NCBI GenBank assembly: GCA_041740355.1
Contig: JBGSMD010000048.1
Span: 23,912 to 87,911, forward strand
DNA length: 64,000 bases
Source: Bdellovibrionota bacterium
GTDB taxonomy: Bacteria > Bdellovibrionota_C > UBA2361 > CALJRW01
Reading direction: 5' to 3'
Under the pieces are notes generated by a model. The model did not search any database. It was not told the DNA's origin and saw only the letters and a list, made by a program, of their open reading frames with translations. Positions 19,772-29,946 of the stretch are shown piece by piece. The translations under genes and the position numbers were made by a program. Numbering within the stretch: the first letter of the stretch is position 1; each line of letters opens with the position of its first letter.

Positions 19772-21805
19772 ATGCACGCACTACTCAAATTTAGTATTAA
19801 CTATCCAAAATTAATTATTGGACTTATTTTTTTGGTGACAGTTGGTATTTGTTTGAATTTAAGCGGACTTACAATTAAGTCTTCTAATTTGGATTTAATA
19901 GATCAAGAAAATCCAGAAGTTATCAAATTCATGGATTTTTCTCGAGATTTTGGAACTCCTAATAACTTAGTTGTTGCATTAGAGGGGGCGAACGATTCAA
20001 CTCTCAGGGAAATCATACCGCAACTTCAGTCTAAAGTAGAAAAAATTTCAGGTGTTCGTAAAGTTATTTCTCAAACCTTAGATCCAGAATCTTTATCAGC
20101 GTCAGTCCCTATTTACAATTTCTTACATTCAAAAGACCAGAAAATATATTATTTATTTGTTCAACCAGAAGATATTCGAACGGATGTCACTCTAATGACA
20201 CCATTAGTCCAAAAAGTAGAAGAAGTACTTTCTGAAATTAAAAACGTACATCCTAACTTATCAGTCGGACTTACTGGTATTCCTAAATATGCACTTGATG
20301 ATCAGACTGTCATTTCTCATGATGTTAATTACCTATCATGGATTTCACTCGCTTTAGTGATGTTACTCTATGTGATTGCCTTTAAATCATTTTGGCATCC
20401 GATGTTAGCTACCTTAGTAGTATTAGTTGCCGTTATTTTAACCTTAGGTGTGGCAATGGTCTTCCCGGGTCATTTAACATTACTTTCTGCTCCTTTTGCA
20501 ATGATGATTTTTGGGATTGGAACTGATTTTGGAATCCATCTAATCAACCGTTACGAAGAATTACTAGAAGAAAAACTAAGTAATTATGAAGCAATTTACC
20601 GAGCTGGGAAAGAACTGTCTAAGACACTTTTAGCTACCTGTGGAACAACAGCAGCTGGATTTTATGTTCTATGGTTTTCTGGGTTTCAAGGCTTTCAAGA
20701 GCTAGGAGTGATTGCTGGAACTGGGATGATCATTTCTCTAATTATGATGTACACTTTATTACCAGCTGCCATACTTTTTATTAAAGCTCCAAAACATCAA
20801 GAGCACGTTAAAGAAAGTAAAATTTCCCTTAGCCGCTTTTGTTCCACCAAATTTGCATGGTATCTGGCTGGGCTATTATTAATTTTATCAATTGTTAGTA
20901 TTTTTACTCCAAAACCAGGCTTTAACTCTGACTACCTTTCTTTACAACCAAAAAATTCTGAGGCTGTGCGCTTAGAGCGTCAAATGGTTACTGGCTCAGA
21001 TTTCTCTCCATACTTCGCAGCGTTTACTGCCAACTCACTAGCGGAATCTGTGGAGATTACTAATAAATTAAGGGAAAGTTCTACTGTTGGAAATATTAAA
21101 TCTTTGAGCGACTTTCTGCCACCCAATACTCCGCCCGAAGCTCTTGCAACATTGCCTGCGGAGCTTCAGGAAATATTTATTTCTAAACAGCAAAAGTTTG
21201 CTATTTATGCTTACCCTTTAAATAATATTTGGGATCAAAAATTTGAAGCTGAATTTTTAAATGAAATGCGTTCGATTAGTCAGCAAGTTACGGGCATGCC
21301 TTTTCTGGGCAATACGATGATGGAACAAACTAAGGAAGCCCTACGCGTAACAACAATGCTGGCTATGCTTACTTTGTTAATTATTTTAATTATTGATTTA
21401 AAGCGGCCCTTATTAATTTTATTAGCTACTGCTGTTCCAATTATTTCCATGACAGGAACTCAAGCTTTTATGTTATATTTGGGAATTCGTTTTAATCCAT
21501 TAAATATCATGGCCTTACCAATAATTGTGGGAGTTTCAATTGATCATGCTATTCACATCATACATCGCTTTCAAGAAGAAAATGGTAATCTTGCCAAAAC
21601 TATGAGTGGGGCGGGAAGAAGTGTCGTCCTGACTAATTTAACAACTTTAGCGGCATTTGGGGCTTTAGCTTTTACTAGCCATGAAGGTTTAAAATCTTTT
21701 AGCTTGATGCTTTGTGCGGGGGTGGTAATTGCCTTAATTTTATCAATTCTTGTTTTGCCCCAAATTTTAAAAACATTTAAATCTAAATTTTTAATATTAA
21801 AATAA
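19772..21805 (+). CDS. MMPL/RND family transporter (HpnN-like)
   Basis: Two RND TM repeats with GIGTDFGIH and GVSIDHAIH motifs; F.GF.ELG; TTLAAFGAL. Confidence 0.88.
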   Translation: MHALLKFSINYPKLIIGLIFLVTVGICLNLSGLTIKSSNLDLIDQENPEVIKFMDFSRDFGTPNNLVVALEGANDSTLREIIPQLQSKVEKISGVRKVISQTLDPESLSASVPIYNFLHSKDQKIYYLFVQPEDIRTDVTLMTPLVQKVEEVLSEIKNVHPNLSVGLTGIPKYALDDQTVISHDVNYLSWISLALVMLLYVIAFKSFWHPMLATLVVLVAVILTLGVAMVFPGHLTLLSAPFAMMIFGIGTDFGIHLINRYEELLEEKLSNYEAIYRAGKELSKTLLATCGTTAAGFYVLWFSGFQGFQELGVIAGTGMIISLIMMYTLLPAAILFIKAPKHQEHVKESKISLSRFCSTKFAWYLAGLLLILSIVSIFTPKPGFNSDYLSLQPKNSEAVRLERQMVTGSDFSPYFAAFTANSLAESVEITNKLRESSTVGNIKSLSDFLPPNTPPEALATLPAELQEIFISKQQKFAIYAYPLNNIWDQKFEAEFLNEMRSISQQVTGMPFLGNTMMEQTKEALRVTTMLAMLTLLIILIIDLKRPLLILLATAVPIISMTGTQAFMLYLGIRFNPLNIMALPIIVGVSIDHAIHIIHRFQEENGNLAKTMSGAGRSVVLTNLTTLAAFGALAFTSHEGLKSFSLMLCAGVVIALILSILVLPQILKTFKSKFLILK

Positions 21806-21810
21806 AAACT

Positions 21811-22410
21811 ATGAAAAAAATAATTCTTATATTAATTTTATTTGTTCCAGTATTTGGTTTCGCACAAACGAATCCGACTTGGCAAATTCCGCTGAATCTT
21901 TCCAATTCAAATACCAAAGTTAGATTTGAGGTTGATACAACTTGGCACATGGTTCATGGAGAAGTTAAATCTGTAACAGGTAAGATCGCTCTGCAAGATC
22001 CAGCGGATCCCTTATCAATTTCTGCTGATATTAAAATTCCAGTTAAAAAAATTACTACAGGCTGGGGAATGCGTGACAGTAGTTTCATGGATTCAATGAA
22101 GGAAGAAGAGTTTCCAGAGATATCATTTAAATCAACAAGTTTCATTCCGAAGGGAGATTGTTCGGTGGAAGCAATCACTGCAAAAAATTGTTCGGGGGTG
22201 TTGAAGGGGAAATTAAAAATTCTTGATGTCGAAAGTGATGCTGACTTAGAAGTTAAGATTACAAAAAATAACGACATGTATCTTGTAAAGGGAAATATAA
22301 CTTTTGCCTGGGCTAAATTTAATGTTAAAGATCCATCAATCATGATGGCTAAAGTTAAACCCGATGTGACTGTATTCTGCGAAGTATCCCTTCCGGCACT
22401 TACACAATAA
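21811..22410 (+). CDS. YceI-family polyisoprenoid-binding periplasmic protein
   Basis: Signal peptide, then V.F.V..T.H.V.G, I.TG...RD and FPEISF motifs. Confidence 0.85.
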   Translation: MKKIILILILFVPVFGFAQTNPTWQIPLNLSNSNTKVRFEVDTTWHMVHGEVKSVTGKIALQDPADPLSISADIKIPVKKITTGWGMRDSSFMDSMKEEEFPEISFKSTSFIPKGDCSVEAITAKNCSGVLKGKLKILDVESDADLEVKITKNNDMYLVKGNITFAWAKFNVKDPSIMMAKVKPDVTVFCEVSLPALTQ

Positions 22411-22416
22411 GTTTTT

Positions 22417-23325
22417 ATGTTTGAAGTGCAATCTACTAAATTACCAGCTTGGCGTGCATGGCTGTTAGCTATTCGTCTGAAGACACTAACAGCATCCATT
22501 GCTCCGGTAATATGCGGAGCAGTGATCTCTTGGGAGTTTTTTCCACTACAGATTTCTTTAACTGCAATTCTTTTATTATATGCGATAAGTTTACAAGTAC
22601 TATCTAATCTATCGAATGATTACTGTGATCATTTTCGGGGAATAGATACTCCGAATCGAATTGGACCAGTGCGTGTTACTAATTCTGGATTAATAAGTCC
22701 GGAAAAAATGAAACTAGCAATGTGGCTAAATGTTATTTTCATTCTAATTTTAGGCGCATATCTAGGAACTATTTCCAGCTTCTGGATCTTTATTATTACT
22801 TTAATTGCAATCGCTAGCGCCTATCTTTACAGTGGTGGACCAAAGCCATATGGCTCAATGGGTTTAGGGGAACTATTTGTTTTCATTTTTTTTGGGCCAA
22901 TAACGGTTATCGGAACTTATTATATTTTGACTAAACAATTTTCCTTAGATGCTTTAGTACTAGGTATCAGTCTTGGTTTTATTTCTAGTGCTTTGTTAGT
23001 GGTTAATAACATCAGAGATTATGAACAAGATAAATTTGCTAACAAGCGAACCTTAGTAGTTCGTTTTGGAAAATTTTTTGGTCAAATGGAGTATTTAATT
23101 TTAATTCTTTTGGCTGCAATTATTCCTTGGTTTGATGAGCATTTAGTAGAACTTCATCCCTATAGCTTGATCTCAACAACTATCTTGTTATTTGCAATTC
23201 CCAGTTTTCAGATTGTCTTTAAACATAAATCACCTGTCGAGTTAAACTCAGTAATGGCTAAGACAGCTGCTTATATCATTCTTTTCGGACTATTCTTTGG
23301 CGCTGGTTTTTTCTTTCACGACTGA
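22417..23325 (+). CDS. menA: 1,4-dihydroxy-2-naphthoate polyprenyltransferase
   Basis: WLLAIRLKTL, NLSNDYCD...G.D...R.GP.R, YSGGPKPYG..GLGE, VNNIRD...D....KRTL.VRFG. Confidence 0.93.
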   Translation: MFEVQSTKLPAWRAWLLAIRLKTLTASIAPVICGAVISWEFFPLQISLTAILLLYAISLQVLSNLSNDYCDHFRGIDTPNRIGPVRVTNSGLISPEKMKLAMWLNVIFILILGAYLGTISSFWIFIITLIAIASAYLYSGGPKPYGSMGLGELFVFIFFGPITVIGTYYILTKQFSLDALVLGISLGFISSALLVVNNIRDYEQDKFANKRTLVVRFGKFFGQMEYLILILLAAIIPWFDEHLVELHPYSLISTTILLFAIPSFQIVFKHKSPVELNSVMAKTAAYIILFGLFFGAGFFFHD

Positions 23326-23835
23326 TGATTCTTCGCCATAAACTTTAGTAGCAACTTCTTTGATACTTTTTAAGTAAGAAATATTCTTAATCTTATTTTC
23401 TTGATCAAGTTGAATGACAGTTAGTTTTCCTTCCTTCTTTGGATATCTTAAATCAAAATCTTCATCCCGTGCCCAGATAATTGGAAAGTCATACCCGCGC
23501 ATCTTTGGTCCAGCAAATAGGAAAGTTATAATATCAGGCATGTCACTTATATCAGCAACATATTCTGTTTGATGATTTTTCAAGTAGTCTTTATCTTTAC
23601 TATCTAAAGCTTGATGGACTTTTTTAGAAAGACTCATTTCAAAAGAGAGCACAATTACTTTAGTCTCTGGTGACATCGTGTGGGGTTTCTTATGTTGTGT
23701 TTGTAATTTATATGGTTCAAACAGATCGCCAACTTTATACTCTAAAGGTTTGGCTGCTACTTGATCTTCTGCCTGAAGATTAATTGAAGATAACAGTAAT
23801 AAGAAAATGCTTATAGTTTGTGGTAGTAATTTCAT
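23290..23835 (-). CDS. Exported hypothetical protein (possible thioredoxin-like fold)
   Basis: Signal peptide; motif YVADISDMP..I...FA.PKMR.Y.FPI. Confidence 0.7.
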   Translation of the reverse strand: MKLLPQTISIFLLLLSSINLQAEDQVAAKPLEYKVGDLFEPYKLQTQHKKPHTMSPETKVIVLSFEMSLSKKVHQALDSKDKDYLKNHQTEYVADISDMPDIITFLFAGPKMRGYDFPIIWARDEDFDLRYPKKEGKLTVIQLDQENKIKNISYLKSIKEVATKVYGEESSVVKEKTSAKE

Positions 23836-24203
23836 ATCAAGCTATTAATAATTAAACGTAATAGTAAGACTAAAAAACAATTTACGTAAGTAAATTGTTT
23901 TTTTGAGCTTACTATCCCCCGGAGGGATAATAAAACCATATAGTTATTACAAAAAATAAGTTACTTTTTTTTACTTATACGTAATTTATTTTTTGGAATG
24001 ACTATAATAGCTTTTACAATAATTACGAAATTAATACTAGCAAATCATTGTATCGTTAAGATTATAATATCCACTAAGGATGTTTAGACTCATTAAGAAA
24101 TACCAAATAGCTTGAAAAAATGCTTTCCTTGTCCAGGAAAGGAGGAAACTTTGGCTAAAGTACTATTCACTTTTCAGGAAACTTTCTTAACAAAAGTTTA
24201 AAA

Positions 24204-26054
24204 TTATTTTGCAATTTTAAGTCCGCAAGTTTCTTCTAAGGAGCTTAAGTTACTAGCGGAGAATCTAGTTAATCCATAGGCATTTACGTGTAAGTCAACA
24301 AACGATGTTGCTGATGTATACGTAGGATTGATGCCTTGATTATTTACACCTTGTAAATATTGATTTTCTACAACTTTAGTTGCTTTTTTACGTGCGGCAG
24401 AAACTTCTAAGCCACTTTTGACATATTGCTTAACTAAGGCTTTACGTAGTTTTGTTGCACGGCTAAGTCCAATAGTTTTAAGGTTATTAATTGCTGATTT
24501 AAATTTATCTAGTTCAGAACTTAGACTCGATGTTTGTAAGCCTGCGGCACAATTATCAATATTCGTACACTCAAAAAGGTAGACGCCTTGTCCAATAATA
24601 GCATTATATGATTCCCACCCTTTAGTATTTTCGGCAGCAGGATCGAAATCATCAACTTTAGCTTTTATACCTAGCTGTTTGTTGATTTTTTTAATTCTTT
24701 GCTCAATCTTAGATGAGATCAGATTTAGTTGAGCCATATCTTGATCTGCCTGAGTGATGGCTTTTAAATCCGCTTGCTTACATTCAGGTATAATGGAATT
24801 AACTTTTACTTTGACAGCAGTACATTCTGTTTGCAGATTATTAAGTCCATATTCTACTAAAAAGTCTGCGCCAATTGTGTAATCACCAGCTTGATCTTTA
24901 GTTGGTGTCCAATCAATTTTAATTGTTGCTTTTCCATTAGTAGCATCTTCTTCAAAAATTACTTCTTGACCATTTGGTACGTTTGGTTTTGCGCCAGCAG
25001 GTAATCCAGAATAACTGATAATCACAGGAGCTTTTTCTGTATCAAAATAATCTTCATTAATTACTTCAAATGTTAAAGTAGTTGATTGACCAATCTCGAC
25101 GGGGTTAATTGTTACGTTAGATGCACCACAAAGTACTCTGGATTTAGTTTCTAACTCAGGATGAACGCATGTTGAGCAATCTGTTTTTTGAGTTAGTAAG
25201 CTACTGATATAGTTATCAGTGTAAGTCGGCACAGCATTGGCTGCTGCCCAGAACCAAACTCCCACACGTTCAGCAAACTTAATTCCTTCGTATGTATATG
25301 ACTTATTGCGCAGTAATAAAGGTTCAACTTGGTGCTCATTAATTCCACTGACATCAAGTTCTAAATGAATAATTTTAGTAGTTGCTGTGTTGTCAATTGA
25401 AAAGCTTACTTTATCTGGTTGATCAACTGAACTGAAAATCTCTTCACGATAATATGGGGCAGTTCGAGCATAAAAACTTTCTTTTAAACTTGCTTTGTTA
25501 ACGTATGGTCCCGTTCCATCACCCAGTGGAAATGTGCTATCAAAACCATTATGAGTTACATTTTGTTTTTCATGAATTTCTCCATTATTACAATAAAGAT
25601 TTAAATGTCCGTTAAAGGCAAAAACATTAACTTTCGGATTAAGTTCATCCGTAAAATCAACATACAAATGACCAACACTGGCTTCACAATTTTTACGACT
25701 GATATCTAGATCGCCGCTTGTTAAAACTAAATGAAAGAAGTTAGTTGTTTTTCCAGTTGTGGTATCAATTTCTGCCTCTACTGTTAATCTTTTGGCATCT
25801 TGATTGTAATTAAGATCTAGGTAATTAACTTTAACTAAATTATTACGATCCTCAATATCTTGTTGGATTTGGGCATTAGTTTTGGCACAGCCAACGCCTT
25901 CACAAATTACATTTTCGCAGTAATTAATGTCATTAAAATCTGGTATGTGGACGTTATATTCTTTGGTCGTAAGCGAAGGTAAGCCGATTAAAAGTAGTAA
26001 TGCTGATGCGGCAGTAATAATTAAAACCTTTCTTTTCATAACAACCCAAATCAA
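24204..26054 (-). CDS. Exported protein with an Ig-like domain and a basic Cys-bracketed C-terminal helical domain
   Basis: N-terminal hydrophobic segment; Ig-like GLPAGA...WTPT..QAGDY region; C-terminal C-x70-C-x5-C...C pattern. Confidence 0.8.
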   Translation of the reverse strand: MIWVVMKRKVLIITAASALLLLIGLPSLTTKEYNVHIPDFNDINYCENVICEGVGCAKTNAQIQQDIEDRNNLVKVNYLDLNYNQDAKRLTVEAEIDTTTGKTTNFFHLVLTSGDLDISRKNCEASVGHLYVDFTDELNPKVNVFAFNGHLNLYCNNGEIHEKQNVTHNGFDSTFPLGDGTGPYVNKASLKESFYARTAPYYREEIFSSVDQPDKVSFSIDNTATTKIIHLELDVSGINEHQVEPLLLRNKSYTYEGIKFAERVGVWFWAAANAVPTYTDNYISSLLTQKTDCSTCVHPELETKSRVLCGASNVTINPVEIGQSTTLTFEVINEDYFDTEKAPVIISYSGLPAGAKPNVPNGQEVIFEEDATNGKATIKIDWTPTKDQAGDYTIGADFLVEYGLNNLQTECTAVKVKVNSIIPECKQADLKAITQADQDMAQLNLISSKIEQRIKKINKQLGIKAKVDDFDPAAENTKGWESYNAIIGQGVYLFECTNIDNCAAGLQTSSLSSELDKFKSAINNLKTIGLSRATKLRKALVKQYVKSGLEVSAARKKATKVVENQYLQGVNNQGINPTYTSATSFVDLHVNAYGLTRFSASNLSSLEETCGLKIAK

Positions 26055-26250
26055 AATACATGTCTAACTAGGTTAAGATGTTATTAAACCATAATCAGAT
26101 TCAAGTAACTAATTGGATTTTATCTAAATCATTGTTTATATTAGTAATTTATGGATCGTTCGATAGTCGAGATTGAATCACAGCAGTTTACAATGCCACC
26201 TAGCCTACTTAGTAACTAAGTTTTCCTCAGTGTATAGTAATGACAAAAAA

Positions 26251-26404
26251 TAATTTACTGCCTGCCTAGCCGAAGCTTCAGCGAAGGCTGGTTAGTAAAT
26301 TAAACAAAGTCATTACGGCTAATGCAAATCTTGGATTCCCACATTCGCTTCCTCCTTCGGCGGACAAGAAAGCTATGGCAGACAAGTATCCAAGTTTGCA
26401 TAGC
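26251..26404. repeat. Two adjacent stem-loops containing GC-rich REP-like motifs
   Basis: TAATTTACT/AGTAAATTA arms enclose GCCTAGCCGAAGCTTCAGCGAAGGC. TGCAAATCTTGGAT/ATCCAAGTTTGCA arms enclose CCTTCGGCGGACAAG-AAAGCTATGGCAGACAAG. Confidence 0.6.
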
Positions 26405-26458
26405 TAAAAACAACATAAATAGTGATTCCAAGCATAATCCTTGGTTTATTAAAGTAAT

Positions 26459-27187
26459 TTATTTTTTGGACTCACTGTAAAGGGGCTCAAATTTACTAAC
26501 TAATTCTGAAGTGCGATCAATCCCCACTAGTCCATAATCTCTCGGTAATGACCAAGCTAAAAAATTGGTGATATCTTGAATTTTAGCGGGCTCATGTTCT
26601 TCGATAAAGATATTAAAGACCAAATTCATGGAAGGACTTAAAGTCATATCAGTCATCAAGAACACTGCGGGTTCTATAACTCCAAATTTTTCGCGTAAGG
26701 TGTGATAAATATTTCGGCGAATATAAGTCGGCAGATAGGTCTGGCTTGGTTGGGCTAATAAAACTTCTCGTTCTGTGAGATTTGCCTTTTTCTCATCAGC
26801 ATTTAAATTTTCCCAACGAGCTTGATCATGAATAAATATGTTTGTTTCTCGGAAGTTCCAAAGATCTCCCGCTGAAAATATCCAATCAGGCTGACTGTTA
26901 GTCTGAGGATTAACCACAATTCCTAATCCATTCTCAGTAACATAATCTAATAAATGTATGACTGAAAATGCTTCAAACGAGATCCCCGGAGTTGGTAAAT
27001 TTAGCACAAAGTAAGGAAACTTATCAGGTCCAGTAATAATTTGAGGATCTCCGCAAGTCATACTAGCGGTCGGTATAAACTGAAAGAAAGAGTTTACCCA
27101 GTTGTCTTGTCGTTGTTCAAATGGAACTTTACAAAGATTGAAAATATTATTGGTATACTCAAGATTAAAAAAATTTAGATCTGTCAT
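26459..27187 (-). CDS. Conserved-looking hypothetical protein (possibly SseB-like)
   Basis: 242-aa ORF with GPD.FPYF and G.V.NP....PDW.FS.GD motifs; function not assignable. Confidence 0.7.
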   Translation of the reverse strand: MTDLNFFNLEYTNNIFNLCKVPFEQRQDNWVNSFFQFIPTASMTCGDPQIITGPDKFPYFVLNLPTPGISFEAFSVIHLLDYVTENGLGIVVNPQTNSQPDWIFSAGDLWNFRETNIFIHDQARWENLNADEKKANLTEREVLLAQPSQTYLPTYIRRNIYHTLREKFGVIEPAVFLMTDMTLSPSMNLVFNIFIEEHEPAKIQDITNFLAWSLPRDYGLVGIDRTSELVSKFEPLYSESKK

Positions 27188-27334
27188 GATGTTAAAATAG
27201 TTAGTTTTAAATGCATTATTAATTAAAGAGCTTAATAATGTCCATGCAGTTTATTATTATTGATAATTATCATAGTCTGCCAACCTTATTCATTAATTCT
27301 AATAATCTTAAAGCACACTTTAGTATAGTTCTAG

Positions 27335-28192
27335 ATGTTCAATTTCTTTCCTAACAAACTAATTTTATTAATAGGAGTCATTGGACTCTTGATAATTGTC
27401 TACTTTACAGACTTTGATATCAGTATTTTAGGCCTATTTCTTGATCAAAAATTTTGGATTTACGCGGTCGTCGGATTTTGTGCCCAAATGATAGATGGGG
27501 CCCTTGGTATGGCCTACGGAGTTAGCTCGACTACTTTTTTACTTAGCGCAGGAGTATCTCCAGCAATAGCAAGCGCAAGTGTGCATATTGCTGAAATTTT
27601 CACTTCTGGTGTTTCTGGATTAATGCACCATAAATTGGGGAATGTGAATAAAAAACTATTTCGCCGCTTAGTTTTGCCAGGTGTAATTGGCGGAATCTTT
27701 GGAGCCTACTTATCTACGATAATTGATGGTAAATGGCTAACTCCTTACATTGCTAGCTACTTGTTAATCATGGGTTTTGTAATTATTTTTAAGGCATTTA
27801 AAAAGAAAGTTCTAAATCCAAAACCAAAAAGATTATTTCCATTAGCTTTGTTCGGAGGATTTGCTGATGCTATTGGAGGTGGAGGGTGGGGGCCAATTGT
27901 AAATAGTACTTTATTAAGTTCGGGTTGGACTCCTCGTTATGCAATTGGGTCGGTTAATCTCGCGGAATTTTTTGTAGCATTTTTTACTGCACTATCTTTT
28001 ATTGTTTTTTTAGGGCTTCATAATTGGGAGAACCTGAGTGGAATGGCAACAATTATTGCCGGATTAATTTTTGGCGGTGTATTTGCTGCCCCCTTTGCTG
28101 CCTTGCTCTGTAAAAAGCTTAAAGCAAAAACACTAATGATTATTGTTGGTCTATTAATTATTACTTTAAGTGCTAAGACATTATTCTTTTAG
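27335..28192 (+). CDS. TauE/SafE (TSUP) family sulfite exporter
   Basis: AQMIDGALGMAYG, DAIGGGGWGP, GSVNLAEF; multi-TM. Confidence 0.9.
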   Translation: MFNFFPNKLILLIGVIGLLIIVYFTDFDISILGLFLDQKFWIYAVVGFCAQMIDGALGMAYGVSSTTFLLSAGVSPAIASASVHIAEIFTSGVSGLMHHKLGNVNKKLFRRLVLPGVIGGIFGAYLSTIIDGKWLTPYIASYLLIMGFVIIFKAFKKKVLNPKPKRLFPLALFGGFADAIGGGGWGPIVNSTLLSSGWTPRYAIGSVNLAEFFVAFFTALSFIVFLGLHNWENLSGMATIIAGLIFGGVFAAPFAALLCKKLKAKTLMIIVGLLIITLSAKTLFF

Positions 28193-28274
28193 CCAGAGTA
28201 TATTTGTGATGTTAAGATTAAAGCTTTTTTGCTAAAAATGATTAAGTCTTGATTACTCTAAATCTTAATTATTC

Positions 28275-29369
28275 ATGAAAAAAATTAAAGTAGCCTTAAT
28301 ATACAGTACCAATGGTTTTGGTGGAATGGTTACAAATATAGCAAAAATAGTTAATTGCTTACATCGAGATGATTTCGAAGTAATACTAATTAGCATAGAA
28401 GCTAATAATCCAGTAGCACTTTTGATTGATCAAGAATTATCGACAAAAGTCATGGAACTGGGCTGTCGTGGTCGATTAGATTTTCAAACACTAAATAAAC
28501 TTCGTAAAATTCTACTTGAGGAAGAGGTTGGCATACTCTCACTTCATGGTTATAAAGCAAATTTTTATGGATTATTTTCGAGTTTTAATCTGAAGTTAAA
28601 ACGAATTAGTACTATTCATGGATGGGTTAGTCAGTCATTAAAATTAAAATGTTATCAGTATCTTGATAAACTTTTAGTATTTAAGTTCGACGAAATAATT
28701 GCTGTGTCTCCAGCGCAATTAATTAGACATCCTTATCTCAAGTTAATTCGTCATAGAATAACTGTCATTGAAAATGCAATTGATATTAATGAAATGAGTA
28801 TTTCATTAGAGCAGCAGTTAGAAAAAGAAAAAAATGTAATAATTTTAGGAACAAGTTCCAGATTAGAAATTGAGAAGCGAGTTCATGTTTTAATTCTTGC
28901 TTGTAGTAAATTGAAAGTACGAAATTGGAAGTTCTTGATCTTGGGAGACGGTTCGGAACGTCAGAATTTAGAAAGACTTAGCCATTCTTTAGGTTTATCA
29001 GAGGAAATTATTTTTTTAGGTTATCAAAAGAATGTAAAACCTTTTTTGCATTATTTTGATATCTTTCTAAGTGCTTCCTCAATTGAAGGACTTCCTAATA
29101 GTTTATTAGAGGCTGGTGCATGTGATAATGCTGTGATTGTCAGTGATATCGTCGAACATAGTACGGTTGTCCAGGATAAAATTAACGGACTGCATTTCCC
29201 ACTAGATAATGTTACTATTTTAGCGGAGCGAATCGCCGATTTAATAGAAAATCAAGATTTGCGAGATACTTTAGCGCTCAATCTAAAGCAGCACTTAATT
29301 GAACATTACTCATTAGGGCGAAGAGAGAAGATGTTTAACTCTTTGTTTCTAAAAGCAGGCACTAGTTAA
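28275..29369 (+). CDS. Glycosyltransferase family 4
   Basis: N-terminal GG motif, TIHGW, NAID, GDGSER, and the EGLPNSLLEA E-x7-E motif. Confidence 0.9.
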   Translation: MKKIKVALIYSTNGFGGMVTNIAKIVNCLHRDDFEVILISIEANNPVALLIDQELSTKVMELGCRGRLDFQTLNKLRKILLEEEVGILSLHGYKANFYGLFSSFNLKLKRISTIHGWVSQSLKLKCYQYLDKLLVFKFDEIIAVSPAQLIRHPYLKLIRHRITVIENAIDINEMSISLEQQLEKEKNVIILGTSSRLEIEKRVHVLILACSKLKVRNWKFLILGDGSERQNLERLSHSLGLSEEIIFLGYQKNVKPFLHYFDIFLSASSIEGLPNSLLEAGACDNAVIVSDIVEHSTVVQDKINGLHFPLDNVTILAERIADLIENQDLRDTLALNLKQHLIEHYSLGRREKMFNSLFLKAGTS

Positions 29370-29379
29370 TAGATTAATT

Positions 29380-29946
29380 ATGAAAGAATGTCTTAAAAAT
29401 ACTATTCAATTGATCACACGGATTTTTATTTTACCAGTATATTTTGTTTATCTTGTTAACTCTGCTTTATTTGGTAAAGAGCGAGCGTTCCCTGGATTCT
29501 CTCAATTTTTAGCACAGTTTCCGGGGTTAACGGGAATTTATTTGCGACGAGAGTTTTATCGTCTGGTATTAAATAACTGTGCCCGAGATTGCGTTATTGG
29601 TTATGGAAGTATTTTTGCTCATCACGAGGTTAGTCTTGGTGCAAAAGTTTCCATAGGAAGTTATTGTTGCTTTGGGGCAGTAAAAATTGCTGAAGGCACA
29701 CAAATTGCCAGTCGAGTAAGTATTATTTCTGGTTTACATCAACATCAGCGTAATGATCAGCAAGAATTATGTGAGGGACAATTTATTCCAGTAAGCATTG
29801 GAAAACAAGTTTGGATAGGAGAGGGCGCAATTATTGCAAGGGACGTTGGAGATTATTCGAATATTGCAGCCGGTGCTGTTGTGCTAAAACCAGTAGCTTC
29901 GAATTCCACCGCGGTTGGTAATCCAGCAAAAACAATTAGTAATTAA
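29380..29946 (+). CDS. Hexapeptide-repeat acyltransferase
   Basis: Left-handed beta-helix repeats, VWIGEGAII, AGAVV, VGNPAK. Confidence 0.88.
   Translation: MKECLKNTIQLITRIFILPVYFVYLVNSALFGKERAFPGFSQFLAQFPGLTGIYLRREFYRLVLNNCARDCVIGYGSIFAHHEVSLGAKVSIGSYCCFGAVKIAEGTQIASRVSIISGLHQHQRNDQQELCEGQFIPVSIGKQVWIGEGAIIARDVGDYSNIAAGAVVLKPVASNSTAVGNPAKTISN

Noticed and set aside
21954-22499. 181-aa antisense ORF (likewise 35830-36363, 53472-53789, 54110-54925, 56176-56361 and 61258-61581)
   Set aside because: They overlap well-supported genes or regulatory DNA and have no recognisable features.
23836-24203. Possible ncRNA or riboswitch in long AT-rich intergenic regions (also 47059-47447 and 56370-56813)
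   Set aside because: Only short weak hairpins were found, with no recognisable tRNA or riboswitch consensus.
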